Positions 19,187 to 29,063 of a stretch of DNA of 64,000 nt are shown piece after piece (position 1 is the first letter of the stretch; each line of letters begins with the position of its first letter). Position numbers and translations under genes: made by a program. The DNA is from a virus. Lineage: Duplodnaviria > Caudoviricetes. Location of the stretch: positions 1 to 64,000 of IMG/VR virus record IMGVR_UViG_3300021387_000109, one strand, 5' to 3'. Below the pieces are notes generated by a model that did no database searches, was not told the origin of the DNA, and was given only the letters and a program-made list of their open reading frames with translations.

Positions 19187-19690
19187 TTACTTTGTGAAAG
19201 TAACTGTATAAGTACCATATACTTTATAGTTGCTACCTTTGCCTGAATATTTAGCTTGCCAGTGACTACCCAAATCAGGAACACCAGAACCAGCATATGA
19301 AAGAGAATATCCTCCCATAGTAAGATTTGATACATATTGACTTGTATATATAATACAAAAAGCAGCACCGCTGTCATGCCTATACATAAAGTCTACACCA
19401 TCAATAATAGCATCAGCATACTCCCAAGTATTCTCACCATCTGAGTTGGGTTTTATATAAACGCTTCCACTACTCATGGGAGACCTATTGCTTCTTAAAT
19501 ACCCAATATCAGTACCAGCACTATTTTTATATCCAATAGTTTGATTTAACTTAGTAGAAGCATTAGAGTATCTATTACCTAAATCAGCACCATCGGATAT
19601 TTTAAATCCAATAGCACCTGCATTAGAGTTATTAACTAAGAATAGACTGTCTAAGTCAGTACCTGCACTATTCTTATAATTACTTGCCAT
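19187..19690 (-). CDS. Putative tail-fibre tip adhesin
   Basis: Duplicated N-terminal YKNSAGTD(L/I) motif, aromatic/Gly-rich C-terminus; follows chaperone-bearing fibre. Confidence 0.55.
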   Translation of the reverse strand: MASNYKNSAGTDLDSLFLVNNSNAGAIGFKISDGADLGNRYSNASTKLNQTIGYKNSAGTDIGYLRSNRSPMSSGSVYIKPNSDGENTWEYADAIIDGVDFMYRHDSGAAFCIIYTSQYVSNLTMGGYSLSYAGSGVPDLGSHWQAKYSGKGSNYKVYGTYTVTFTK

Positions 19691-20849
19691 ATTTATTCTC
19701 TAACTCATTAACTTTAATAACCAGTAAAGCAACTATTGCATTGTAGTCAAGAGATTTAAATCCTTTTTCATCAGTAGTAACTGCTTCAGGATATAACTTC
19801 TCTACTTCTTGGGCAATAAGACCTATCTTTCTATCTTTATTTCCTATAAAGTTATAAGAATAAGCATTGAGAGAAGATAGATTTGTATTATTAATCTTAA
19901 TTAGATTCTCTTTCTTTCTAATATCTGATGTTGCTTGGAAAGAGGTAGCAAACATATTTCCATTAGTTTCATAAACACTTGAATGAGAATATGTTTGAGG
20001 ATTAGCACCTTGACTTGTAGCACCAATTAAAAATAGTTTAGAGGTACTATTTGTTGATCCAGCAGTATTTTTGGTGTCATTATCAGTTTGAATTGGAGGA
20101 GTGTATGTCTCCCATTTAGCAGTACCATCTGCTGACCATCTAAGAAACTGTCCATTTGAACCACCAGAAGGAATATGCTTATTACCAGCACTGGTTGGAT
20201 GAACATAAGCGTTAGCTTTAACAAAAGCTGTAGTAGCTACTTTAGTAGAACTATCTTCCTTTTCAGGCGTAGGTGCATAAGGAGAAACTTTAAAAGTTTT
20301 AATACCTTTAATTTCTTCACTACCATCTATATGTACTACATCATCATCCTTAACTGCACCAATAGCATCTCTTAAAGCAACTTTTTGGGTATCAGTTAAA
20401 TTCTGGGGATTATCTAATTTAAGCGCTTTAGCACTAATAATATCTTGTACAAATTTAGTGGACGCTGCTTTAGTAGAACTATCATCAGTACCTAAATTAG
20501 GTACTAGAGGGCTAGCACTAAATGTCTTAACACCTGAAATAGTTTGCTTGGTAGATAAAGTAACTACTGAACTAGCCTGAGGAACATCTATATTCTTTCT
20601 AGCCTGTTCCTTCTGAGCATCAGTTAATGCCTGAGAAACAGAATATTTAACAGCGGAACTATCAACAGAATCTTTAACTGCTTTAGGAGTAACAGCAATA
20701 CCTCCTGAACTACCTGAATTACTTAAAGTATCAGATAATTTAACAGCACCTTTTTTATCTTTAGTAGCACTAGGAAGAATCTCTGAATTTAGAATTCTAG
20801 TAGCACCATTACCCTGAAATAATACTTTCCAAATCTTAGGAAAATCCAT
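19680..20849 (-). CDS. Tail fibre with C-terminal intramolecular chaperone (peptidase S74)
   Basis: SFQATSDIRKKEN...GLIAQEVEKLYPEAV...LDYNAIVALLV; STKAASTKFV / STKVATTAFV fibre repeats. Confidence 0.85.
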   Translation of the reverse strand: MDFPKIWKVLFQGNGATRILNSEILPSATKDKKGAVKLSDTLSNSGSSGGIAVTPKAVKDSVDSSAVKYSVSQALTDAQKEQARKNIDVPQASSVVTLSTKQTISGVKTFSASPLVPNLGTDDSSTKAASTKFVQDIISAKALKLDNPQNLTDTQKVALRDAIGAVKDDDVVHIDGSEEIKGIKTFKVSPYAPTPEKEDSSTKVATTAFVKANAYVHPTSAGNKHIPSGGSNGQFLRWSADGTAKWETYTPPIQTDNDTKNTAGSTNSTSKLFLIGATSQGANPQTYSHSSVYETNGNMFATSFQATSDIRKKENLIKINNTNLSSLNAYSYNFIGNKDRKIGLIAQEVEKLYPEAVTTDEKGFKSLDYNAIVALLVIKVNELENKYGK

Positions 20850-20858
20850 GATATACCT

Positions 20859-23156
20859 TTACTTGTTTTCTAATTCTTTAATTCTAGCTTCTAGTTTATT
20901 AACCTTGGCTACTAACACAGCAACTACAGCATTGTAGTCAAGACTTAAGAATCCCTTTTCATCTGCTTTAACAGCATCAGGAATAACATCTTGTACTTCC
21001 TGGGCAATTAAACCCGTATGTCTTCCATTAGTATCTTTTAGAATGTAATTATAAGATTTAATGCTTGATAGATTTAAGTCACTTATTTCTTTAATATCTG
21101 ACTTTTTTCTTCTATCAGAAGTTGCTTGAAAAGATGAAGCTTTAACTTCTTTATTAAAAGTAAATGCATTATTTACTTCTACTTGACCAACATTTGTGTC
21201 ACTACTATTAAAGAATGCTATACCTGTTGCAGTACTTGTTTGGGTTTTAATGCAAAATTTTCCACCAACATTATGATCACCAAAACTTGCATCATCCCCA
21301 GATTTATTCCAAGTATTATTTGCGAGATTAATAGCACCAGTTAGGGTACCTCCACTTAAAGGTAAATAACTATGTGTATGATTACCAGCAGCTGCTGTCG
21401 TTGCTGTAGTGCCTATAGTTAAATTACTCTTATTATTCCAAGTATATTTTTCTCCAGTGGTAACTAAAGATACATCTGTTCCTCCACTAGCAGCAGTTTT
21501 AGAAGAATAAGTTGTATTGTTATCAGCAGGAGTCTTGAAGATAACACTAGTACCTCCTGCTGTTAACTTGTAAACAGTATTATGAGCAAGTGTTACAGTG
21601 GCTGTGCCTGAGTCAGTAGCAAGAGTTGTTGTGTGGGTATGATCACCCTTAGCAGCAGTAGTACTTGTAGTGCCTAAAGCAAGGCTACTCTTATTATTCC
21701 AGGTATATTTCTCACCTGTAGTTACTAGAGAAACATCAGTACCACCACTTGCTGCTGTCTTTGAACTATAAGTGGTATTGGTATCAGGAGGAACTTGCCA
21801 AGTGCCATCTTCTCTTAGGTACTTTGTGGTACCTGCTGTTGTAGAAGGAGCAGGAACCAAACCAGCTGCTGCGCCTGAGCCTGATTTAACAAAGTTACTA
21901 TAAGTGGTATTGTTATCTTGTTGTGTAAATGTACCTGTAGTACCATCAACACATGTGTATGTAAATGTTGTACCACTTCTAGTAATAGTAGTAATAGCCT
22001 TATCAGCCTTGCCTTTTACATAATCGGCAATTTGTTTAGCAGGCCATACTCTATTAGCAGTATCAGTACCAGTAGTTAATTGAGCAGTAGTACCTGCTGA
22101 GTAAGTAGTATTAGTGTCTTTTACCTTCTGGTTCGTTGTACTAATACCTACAACGTGACCTTTAGCATCTCTGCTTAAAGTAATTCCAGTAATTACATTG
22201 TATTCAGTATTAAGTGCATATGCACCTGTACTAGATACATCATTTGTTAATGCAGAATCAGCATTAGCACTAGGAGTATAGTGATTACCAACAGAAGTAA
22301 CTTTTGTATCTGTATTGGTATCCTGAGTAACTAAAGTATCAGTAGTATCATCACCTCTGGTAAAAGTAATTGTTTTCCCAGAAATGCTTAAATCTTTAAT
22401 GTAATTTGCACTATCACTATCTAGTTTATTTCCAATATTGTTAGCTACTGTAGTAGCAAAATTGGGATCATTACCAAGTGCTGTAGATAATTCAGAAAGT
22501 GTATTGAGAGTTTCTGGAGCATTATCAACTAATGATGCTAATTCATTAGCAATTTTTGCATCTAATACTTTTGCAGTAATTGATCTTGCAGTTGTGGCTG
22601 TACCTGCTAAAGCTTCAGCCTCTGACATGGCTGAGTATTTAGTATTAGTATCCCAATTAGAAAGTTTCCAACAACCTGTAAAAGAAGTTGCAGTATCATT
22701 TATAGTAACTGTAGCTGTATCTTCTGCATCATATACTAATACAAGTATCGTACCTACAGGATAATGTGTAGTTACTAATGTGTCTGCATTTAGAAGAACT
22801 GGATGTTCTCCCAAATTATTAATATTTAGCGTTACACCATCAGAAACTCCTGCTACAGGTACTTTATAACTGATGGTTAAACCTGAATGAAGGGCATTTA
22901 TATTACTTATTGTACCTGCCCAAATTGATCTAGTAACTCCTTTAGTACCTACAGTACCAGTAGGAGAACTAACATAATAAATACCATCCTTAGGGGATGA
23001 AGCCAGACTAGTTAAAGTCTGTTTGTCTTCAGCAGACATGAATCCTGCTTTAGACGTTGTTGCATTACTATGAGTATGAGAAGCTCGGGCAAACTTCTCT
23101 TTACTACCTTCTGCAAATCTTTCTAGATTATCTGGTGTAACAATATTAACTGTCAT
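20859..23156 (-). CDS. Long tail fibre with C-terminal intramolecular chaperone (peptidase S74)
   Basis: 765 aa Thr/Ala/Ser-rich; LVDNAPETLNTLSELSTALGNDPNFATT; SFQATSDRRKK...GLIAQEVQDVIPDAV. Confidence 0.88.
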   Translation of the reverse strand: MTVNIVTPDNLERFAEGSKEKFARASHTHSNATTSKAGFMSAEDKQTLTSLASSPKDGIYYVSSPTGTVGTKGVTRSIWAGTISNINALHSGLTISYKVPVAGVSDGVTLNINNLGEHPVLLNADTLVTTHYPVGTILVLVYDAEDTATVTINDTATSFTGCWKLSNWDTNTKYSAMSEAEALAGTATTARSITAKVLDAKIANELASLVDNAPETLNTLSELSTALGNDPNFATTVANNIGNKLDSDSANYIKDLSISGKTITFTRGDDTTDTLVTQDTNTDTKVTSVGNHYTPSANADSALTNDVSSTGAYALNTEYNVITGITLSRDAKGHVVGISTTNQKVKDTNTTYSAGTTAQLTTGTDTANRVWPAKQIADYVKGKADKAITTITRSGTTFTYTCVDGTTGTFTQQDNNTTYSNFVKSGSGAAAGLVPAPSTTAGTTKYLREDGTWQVPPDTNTTYSSKTAASGGTDVSLVTTGEKYTWNNKSSLALGTTSTTAAKGDHTHTTTLATDSGTATVTLAHNTVYKLTAGGTSVIFKTPADNNTTYSSKTAASGGTDVSLVTTGEKYTWNNKSNLTIGTTATTAAAGNHTHSYLPLSGGTLTGAINLANNTWNKSGDDASFGDHNVGGKFCIKTQTSTATGIAFFNSSDTNVGQVEVNNAFTFNKEVKASSFQATSDRRKKSDIKEISDLNLSSIKSYNYILKDTNGRHTGLIAQEVQDVIPDAVKADEKGFLSLDYNAVVAVLVAKVNKLEARIKELENK
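21427..21780 (-). repeat. Two copies of a 31-aa identical repeat within tail fibre, synonymously diverged at DNA level
   Basis: NTTYSSKTAASGGTDVSLVTTGEKYTWNNKS at about 21688-21780 and 21427-21519. Confidence 0.9.
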
Positions 23157-23193
23157 ACAAAATTTACCTAACTTCTCATACCATAGTTTTAGG

Positions 23194-23856
23194 TTAGTCT
23201 GCTAAAAGAGCATCAACCTGTGCATCAGTCATAGCCTTGAATTCGGCTGTGGTTGTGTAAGCAGAGAGATCAACTACACCTGCAAGCACGTCCCAACCAG
23301 TACCATTCCAAGCTACGTTATCACCAGCCTTGACATTGGCGGCAGGATTGGCCTGAGCAACGTTGTACATATCACCAACTTCTGGAGAAGCAGGAAGTTC
23401 AGCATATGTATCAACAGAACCCTTATAATGAACGGCAGAAGAAATCTTGCCATCAATCTCACTCTTGGTGTATGCGTCAGTAATGCCATAACCAGCAAGA
23501 GTAGTAGCCTCTACTAGAGCATCATAAGCAACTCTCTTAGTAGCATTGATACCAGAGTTAGCAGCAGCCTGCTGTGCTTCTGTAGCAACATCAGATAACT
23601 GAGTTGGAACAGTTACATCAACAGCCTTACCATCAACAGTAAGAGCAGTACCATTGACCTTGACGGATTCGATGACATTGACCTGAGCGCCAGACTCAAG
23701 ACCATCAACCTTATCCTTAAGACCAGCACCGGTCTCAGCATTACTGCGGATGGTAGCAAGATCTGCAATGTTATCCTGCTTGGTAGCGAACTTAGCTTTT
23801 ACATTAGCGCCAAATCGCTGTAGGTTTTCATGGGAAACAAAAGGAAAATCAGCCAT
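23194..23856 (-). CDS. Tail/head fibre-associated protein
   Basis: TTLAGYGITDAYTK fibre motif; HYKGSVDTYAELP..GDMYNV..GDNVAWNGTGWDVL domain. Confidence 0.65.
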   Translation of the reverse strand: MADFPFVSHENLQRFGANVKAKFATKQDNIADLATIRSNAETGAGLKDKVDGLESGAQVNVIESVKVNGTALTVDGKAVDVTVPTQLSDVATEAQQAAANSGINATKRVAYDALVEATTLAGYGITDAYTKSEIDGKISSAVHYKGSVDTYAELPASPEVGDMYNVAQANPAANVKAGDNVAWNGTGWDVLAGVVDLSAYTTTAEFKAMTDAQVDALLAD

Positions 23857-23868
23857 TATTTATTAGCC

Positions 23869-25059
23869 TTATAAAGAAATAGCATCAACTTCAGAATCAG
23901 TGAGTTCTCTGATCAGATCCTGTTTTTCTGTCTCATAGTTAGCCTGTAAGACAGACCAATCAGAATCCTTGAACTCTCCACTAAAGTCTTTGATGCAGAT
24001 GATTAAATCTCCAACTTCGCATACTTGTCCAGCATAAGTACCAGCTTCTTTAACTGTGTACTGCCAACCGGACTTATATCCTTCAGTTGGAAGTCCATTA
24101 GCCTTGGTTACAGCACCCCTAAAGTGAATTCCTTCTGCAAGAGCAGACTGAACACCCTCTCTAAGTGATACAACCTCAGCCAATACGTTAGACTCCTCTC
24201 CATCTGCATCAGTAATACTAACTTGACTAGCAGTAGTTTGAGGAGCAATATCCTCTCTGCCTTCATCCCCATTATGGTAAATCTGATTACCTTCAAGGAA
24301 TGCGGCAGTAGAAAGAATCGTTTTGATTTGAATAAGTGCTCGTTCAGCCTTATCAATAGCATCAGCCACTTCCTGTTTACCAAGAGCGGCTACCCAAGCA
24401 TTTATTTCATCCCCTTCTTGAACAGGGAACAATAACTTAACTGTCTTTGACAGTTGATCAGGAGTACCTACTTCTTCATACTGTTTATCCTTAAACAGCA
24501 TCAAGCCATTCCAGGCAAGTCTCAAATGGTTTCTTCCAACCAGATAAGAAACTTCCAATTCAACTTCAGCACCCTCACCATAAGAAGCATCTACATTCCA
24601 AACTGACTGAACACAACCTAAACCAGAGAAAGTAAGAACTTCTGCTTCAACCTTATTGGACAGATCCTTGATTTCTTCAAGATCATTCTTGACACTATCA
24701 GCATCCAACTTAATCAACTGGATCTGATTAAAGATATCCTGACTCTTATCCAGATCATTTTTAACATCATTAGACAGATCAGACAACTGTTCATACTGGT
24801 TCTCAAGAGCCTGTACTTTCTCCTGAGCATCTGTAATCTTTGTTATCAGTTCTTGTTTAAGATCTTCTGCAACATCCAGTTTACTTAGAAACTCTTCCAG
24901 ATCTGTTAGATGCAAATAAACATCCTTAACCACATAATAGGCTTCACCTAAAATATGGTCTACAACAGGTACTGGTTGTGTACTGCCATTAGGATGATAA
25001 TGACGGGGATAATTAATCTGTCTTATATATGGCTGAGGGGTTAATAATCTTGGTTCCAT
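23869..25059 (-). CDS. N4 gp66-like appendage/fibre-anchor protein
   Basis: N-terminal PVVDHILGEAYYVVKDVYLHL, coiled coil, C-terminal GWQYTVKEAGTYAGQVCEVGDLIIC domain. Confidence 0.6.
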   Translation of the reverse strand: MEPRLLTPQPYIRQINYPRHYHPNGSTQPVPVVDHILGEAYYVVKDVYLHLTDLEEFLSKLDVAEDLKQELITKITDAQEKVQALENQYEQLSDLSNDVKNDLDKSQDIFNQIQLIKLDADSVKNDLEEIKDLSNKVEAEVLTFSGLGCVQSVWNVDASYGEGAEVELEVSYLVGRNHLRLAWNGLMLFKDKQYEEVGTPDQLSKTVKLLFPVQEGDEINAWVAALGKQEVADAIDKAERALIQIKTILSTAAFLEGNQIYHNGDEGREDIAPQTTASQVSITDADGEESNVLAEVVSLREGVQSALAEGIHFRGAVTKANGLPTEGYKSGWQYTVKEAGTYAGQVCEVGDLIICIKDFSGEFKDSDWSVLQANYETEKQDLIRELTDSEVDAISL

Positions 25060-25119
25060 AGGAAACTCTTATAAATGTTTATTTAAGTATAAGCAGGATA
25101 ATAGAATATGCAAAATTAT

Positions 25120-25815
25120 TTACACCCAGCCATTCTTTCTAAATTTCATGCCTGTTCTATTAACAGAAACAGTTATGGAATCATTGGCAATGGCATCATT
25201 AACAATCTGTTCATAAATGCTCATATGCTTCTGAGCATTAACAACAGCCTCCTGAGTATTCATATTTGAATACACCTGATAAGCAACATATGCCCTTAAA
25301 GCACCTTCAAGAACTTCAGGAATCTGAATCTCCTGATCCAGATCTCCAGTAATCTTTGGATGCTTTGCCCAATACTTAACATAGAGTACTGTACCACCTA
25401 CAGGTCTTCTTACCTGAAGAACATTGTATAATGGTGTGTAAACACTCCATTCCTCATCAGGATTATTAATGGGAAGTTCAATATCAGGAGATGTTCTTAC
25501 TTCATAAATCTTTAGAACATCATCTTCAAACTTATGATTTCCCAAGTCAAATATATATTTAATTTCCTTGCTTTCTTCATTTGAATATGCATGAGCATAT
25601 GTAAGAGGATAATCCGTCTTCCATTCAAGCAATTCCAAATAAAGAGTTTTTTTAATCAAGGGAAACCTAGAGCAAAGTCTAAGCAATCCTTCATTTATAT
25701 ATTCAACTACTACAGGTATCTTGTCTTCTTGGATCTCACCTGAACCAGAAGAACCAAACCTAGTATTGCTTAATTCTCCATGAGACAGTTGAGTTAACAG
25801 CTCACTTAATTTCAT
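25120..25815 (-). CDS. Head-tail adaptor (N4 gp67-like)
   Basis: MKLSELLTQLSHGELSN, INEGLLRLCSRF, FRKNGWV C-terminus. Confidence 0.85.
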   Translation of the reverse strand: MKLSELLTQLSHGELSNTRFGSSGSGEIQEDKIPVVVEYINEGLLRLCSRFPLIKKTLYLELLEWKTDYPLTYAHAYSNEESKEIKYIFDLGNHKFEDDVLKIYEVRTSPDIELPINNPDEEWSVYTPLYNVLQVRRPVGGTVLYVKYWAKHPKITGDLDQEIQIPEVLEGALRAYVAYQVYSNMNTQEAVVNAQKHMSIYEQIVNDAIANDSITVSVNRTGMKFRKNGWV

Positions 25816-27404
25816 ACAATATACGAATCCATTCTGCTTACAGGTTCTTCATATTCTTCTGGATAGATAGCATTGCCATACTGATTGACTATAACAGGAG
25901 TTTCAGCTGGTTTCCAAGGTTCTAAATATCCCAACATACTAATGGTATCCAGACAATCATCATGCCCTTTAATCCCACTTTTTGTGGTTAATTTAATTTC
26001 CTGCATGAACTTACCCATAATTATAGAATCTCTCATCTCTTCAGGAAATTTTATTTTTCCAGCCTTGAACCAAGGAACAACCATATTAAACCTAGTCAGT
26101 TTATCAATGGATGGTCTGATACCAGGTTGATTCTTGGTTCTAGCAAAATTGAACCAGATATTCCTAGTCATCATCTCCTTTTCCAACCATTGAATAAATG
26201 CTCCCTGCTGACCTGTAATTTCAATGCCTACACTTTGAGGCTTGTAATCAACAACAAATTTGAACAAGTCATCTACATTCTTGTCCATTGTTTGTTTTTC
26301 ACAAATACCATCTACCCAGAACCAGTCTCCATTAAAGTTATAAGCCCATACACTAATGACTGAATCATCAGCAGTCTGTTTCTTACTGGTGGCAAAGTCA
26401 GTAGTAATATAAAAGTTATACCTATTTGGATTCTTCAATAACTCAGATCTTGAATACCACCTGATTTCAGAATCCTGTACCATTCTTTCATCATCAGAAG
26501 TAATTCTTAACATCAACTCCTGATAAAAAGCATTCAACTTACCTGTCTTTAAAGCAAGATCATACTGACTTTTAATATAATCATATGAGAATCTGTCAGG
26601 CCATGCTCCTCTAAAATCCTTAATAGAACAGGGAAACTTCTCACACACAGGCCATACGTTTACATCCCATGCACCAGATTCAACAGCTTCAATCAGAATG
26701 TCATCCTTATTGAATGGAGTGCCATTGAAGATAACCTTTCTTCTTGTTGGATCAAGAGCATGGTTAACACCCTTGTAAACAGTATCTTTAATTAGATTCA
26801 TTACTGTCTGAGAGTTGGCTGCTTCATCACTTAACAGGTCATCAAGCACACAAAGAACAGGTCTCTTGCCAAATATCTTTGTACCTCTTAAACCAGTAGT
26901 AGCACCAAATAACTTAACTCCCAACTGTTCTCCCTTCTTGTTCTTAAATTCCAAGTAAGCATCAGTAAACTTAGCCTCTGGAATCCATTCCTGAAGGAAA
27001 TCAGAATGTTCATATCTGAACTCAATATTCTTTCTGGCACTCTTTGCACCATTCTCCATTGAGTCAGCAATGTAAATCATTCCATCTACAGGACCAAATC
27101 CAGGTATTTCATGGAATACTGCCAAATACAAAGTAAAGTACTCCATAAATAGAGTAGTCTTAGCGGCACCTCTAAAGCATAGATTAGCAATATATTCATT
27201 ACCACTAACTACTTTATCAAGCATAGCTAAATGAACAGCAGGAGTTTTATGACTTTCTCCTTCTGCTCCATTAACCAGTTTAATAAAACTCATGAATCCT
27301 AGAGCAAACTCAGAAGGAACATAATTTGAAGAATTCAGATATGAATAATCTACTTGGTCTAACCAAGTATCAAGATCCTGTTTCTTAATTGTCATTTTCT
27401 TCAA
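25812..27404 (-). CDS. terL: Terminase large subunit (N4 gp68-like)
   Basis: Walker A CFRGAAKTT, Walker B VLDDLL, nuclease ITTDFA and HDDCLDTISML. Confidence 0.95.
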   Translation of the reverse strand: MKKMTIKKQDLDTWLDQVDYSYLNSSNYVPSEFALGFMSFIKLVNGAEGESHKTPAVHLAMLDKVVSGNEYIANLCFRGAAKTTLFMEYFTLYLAVFHEIPGFGPVDGMIYIADSMENGAKSARKNIEFRYEHSDFLQEWIPEAKFTDAYLEFKNKKGEQLGVKLFGATTGLRGTKIFGKRPVLCVLDDLLSDEAANSQTVMNLIKDTVYKGVNHALDPTRRKVIFNGTPFNKDDILIEAVESGAWDVNVWPVCEKFPCSIKDFRGAWPDRFSYDYIKSQYDLALKTGKLNAFYQELMLRITSDDERMVQDSEIRWYSRSELLKNPNRYNFYITTDFATSKKQTADDSVISVWAYNFNGDWFWVDGICEKQTMDKNVDDLFKFVVDYKPQSVGIEITGQQGAFIQWLEKEMMTRNIWFNFARTKNQPGIRPSIDKLTRFNMVVPWFKAGKIKFPEEMRDSIIMGKFMQEIKLTTKSGIKGHDDCLDTISMLGYLEPWKPAETPVIVNQYGNAIYPEEYEEPVSRMDSYIV

Positions 27405-28065
27405 TCACTAAATCCTGTTCAATTACCTCCTTGGTTGTTGCTCCTGCCTTAATCAACTCCTGTTGCTTCTTGGCAAGTTCAACCAAGGCTTTCTTCATAT
27501 CTTCTATACCAGAATCCTTTCTCATGTCAATATTAACTAGAGGTGCTACAGCATCAGGCTTCTTTAAATGATTGAGAATACTATCAGCTGCCATTGCTCT
27601 TACTCTTTCACTCTTGGCATTAGCCATTAACTCAGCCTGAGTATTAATAGCTTTCTGATAAATATCCTGATTAAGCACCCAGGTAGGAACCAGAGTCTGT
27701 TCAAGGATAAGATTAACTAACTTACCTTTATTGTATGCTGCTACATAAGCAGCCTGATCCTTTGCACTAACCCCTCTTACCAAGAAGTTCTGATACCTAT
27801 CCGGAAAAGTCTTGATGTAACTTTCCTGATTGCTGAATCCCATTAACTTGTAAGAGACATACTTAATGGCATTGAGATATTCATTAGCATCAAACTTACC
27901 TTCCTGAAGAATGTGCGTATATCCAATGAAGTTCTTCTTGATCTCTTCTGCTTCTACTGGATCAGATGCAACATTATTCAATTTATCCAATAGTTCCTGA
28001 GTAGCGCATCTTCTTAAATTTTTAGGAAGTGCTTTTTCTAATAACGGCAAAGTAATCTGTTCCAT
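27385..28065 (-). CDS. N4 gp69-like protein (putative terminase small subunit)
   Basis: YLNAIKYVSYKLMG...YVAAYNKGKLVNLILEQTLVP...AADSILNHLK. Confidence 0.8.
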   Translation of the reverse strand: MEQITLPLLEKALPKNLRRCATQELLDKLNNVASDPVEAEEIKKNFIGYTHILQEGKFDANEYLNAIKYVSYKLMGFSNQESYIKTFPDRYQNFLVRGVSAKDQAAYVAAYNKGKLVNLILEQTLVPTWVLNQDIYQKAINTQAELMANAKSERVRAMAADSILNHLKKPDAVAPLVNIDMRKDSGIEDMKKALVELAKKQQELIKAGATTKEVIEQDLVIEENDN

Positions 28066-28435
28066 ATGAATCCTTTTAGATAAATATAGTAGATTATATG
28101 CATTTTTTATAAAAATTCATAAAAAGGGTTCCTGTAAATAATTTGAACCAGAAAAGAAAAGATTTTTAAAAATCTACTATATCCTCCTGAAAGCCTCTAG
28201 GAGCCTTTGAGTACCCTTTGCAATAGGGTTACTAGGGCTAACCTCATTTGGTTCAATGGGGACCCTTTTTAAGCGATTTTAGAGCATATATGAGAAAGGA
28301 ATAAAGGAAGGATAGATACGAATTGTTTTTTACATAATGAGAGGGGTAGATACGAATTATTTTTGATGGTAGGAGAGAGGTGTAATACCAGGGGGGCTTG
28401 CCCCCCAATAAATCAACTATCCCCCCCCCTCTTTT
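28066..28435. other. Divergent late/early junction: probable joined genome termini
   Basis: Strand switch between terminase genes and first early promoter, as in N4 genome order; ORF-free. Confidence 0.6.
28313..28358 (+). repeat. 12-bp direct repeat TAGATACGAATT x2
   Basis: Copies at 28313-28324 and 28347-28358, each followed by a T-run. Confidence 0.8.
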
Positions 28436-28454
28436 GGACTGTCGTCCTTAATTG
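28436..28454 (+). promoter_or_regulatory. vRNAP-type hairpin promoter P1
   Basis: GGAC-TGTC-GTCC-TTAATT-G; +1 G predicted at 28454. Confidence 0.75.
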
Positions 28455-28484
28455 ACTATTATCCTTTACTCATGGAGGTACATC

Positions 28485-28673
28485 ATGGATAACTATGGCC
28501 TTTCTCAGATCATTTCTTATCAGCTTGCGGAAATCCGTCAGGAGTTGCGTGAGCAGAGCGAGACTGAAGAACGGAACTGGCTCGTAGAAGAGCAAGAGCG
28601 CTTAGCAGGGATTCTGTGGACTTTGCACAGTGAGAACAAGGATCTCAAGGCTAAGAAGGAAGAAGACGACTAA
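28485..28673 (+). CDS. Early hypothetical protein
   Basis: RBS GGAGGT then ATG at 28485 (MDNYGLS...), downstream of P1, followed by terminator. Confidence 0.7.
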   Translation: MDNYGLSQIISYQLAEIRQELREQSETEERNWLVEEQERLAGILWTLHSENKDLKAKKEEDD

Positions 28674-28679
28674 CCTTCA

Positions 28680-28722
28680 AAGGAGAAGGAACATTTAATA
28701 ATGTTCCTTTCTCCTTTTTTTT
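28680..28722 (+). terminator. Intrinsic terminator
   Basis: AGGAGAAGGAACATT-TAAT-AATGTTCCTTTCTCCT then T run. Confidence 0.8.
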
Positions 28723-28794
28723 CTTTATTTATTTCTTTAACACTCTTAACACATATACACATACACACATACACACTCAACCATACTCATTATT

Positions 28795-28814
28795 AGTCCT
28801 GTCGGACTTAATTG
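28795..28814 (+). promoter_or_regulatory. vRNAP-type hairpin promoter P2
   Basis: AGTCC-TGTC-GGACT-TAATT-G. Confidence 0.85.
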
Positions 28815-28840
28815 ACATTAACCTTTCTAAGGAGATTACT

Positions 28841-29053
28841 ATGGGTTTCTTCAAAGGCGATATCACCAAGACTCTTAAGAACGCTTCTAAGGCTTGGGAG
28901 ATCAAGACAAGAGAGTGGTGTATTGAAACTAAAGATCAAGCACTACTTGATTTAGCAGAACATCGAAAGGATCTTGCAGAAAGAAAGCAAGAGTTAGGAG
29001 TAGATGAAAATGCTTGGAAGGCATTACAGAAGGAATTGGAGGACTTCAAATGA
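28841..29053 (+). CDS. Early hypothetical protein
   Basis: RBS AAGGAG, 70 aa, terminator at 29064-29100. Confidence 0.75.
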   Translation: MGFFKGDITKTLKNASKAWEIKTREWCIETKDQALLDLAEHRKDLAERKQELGVDENAWKALQKELEDFK

Positions 29054-29063
29054 CCTAAAATAA

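Noticed and set aside
19187-23156. Diversity-generating retroelement or invertible tail-fibre cassette
   Set aside because: No reverse transcriptase, invertase or adenine-specific TR/VR pair; repeat differences are synonymous at all base types
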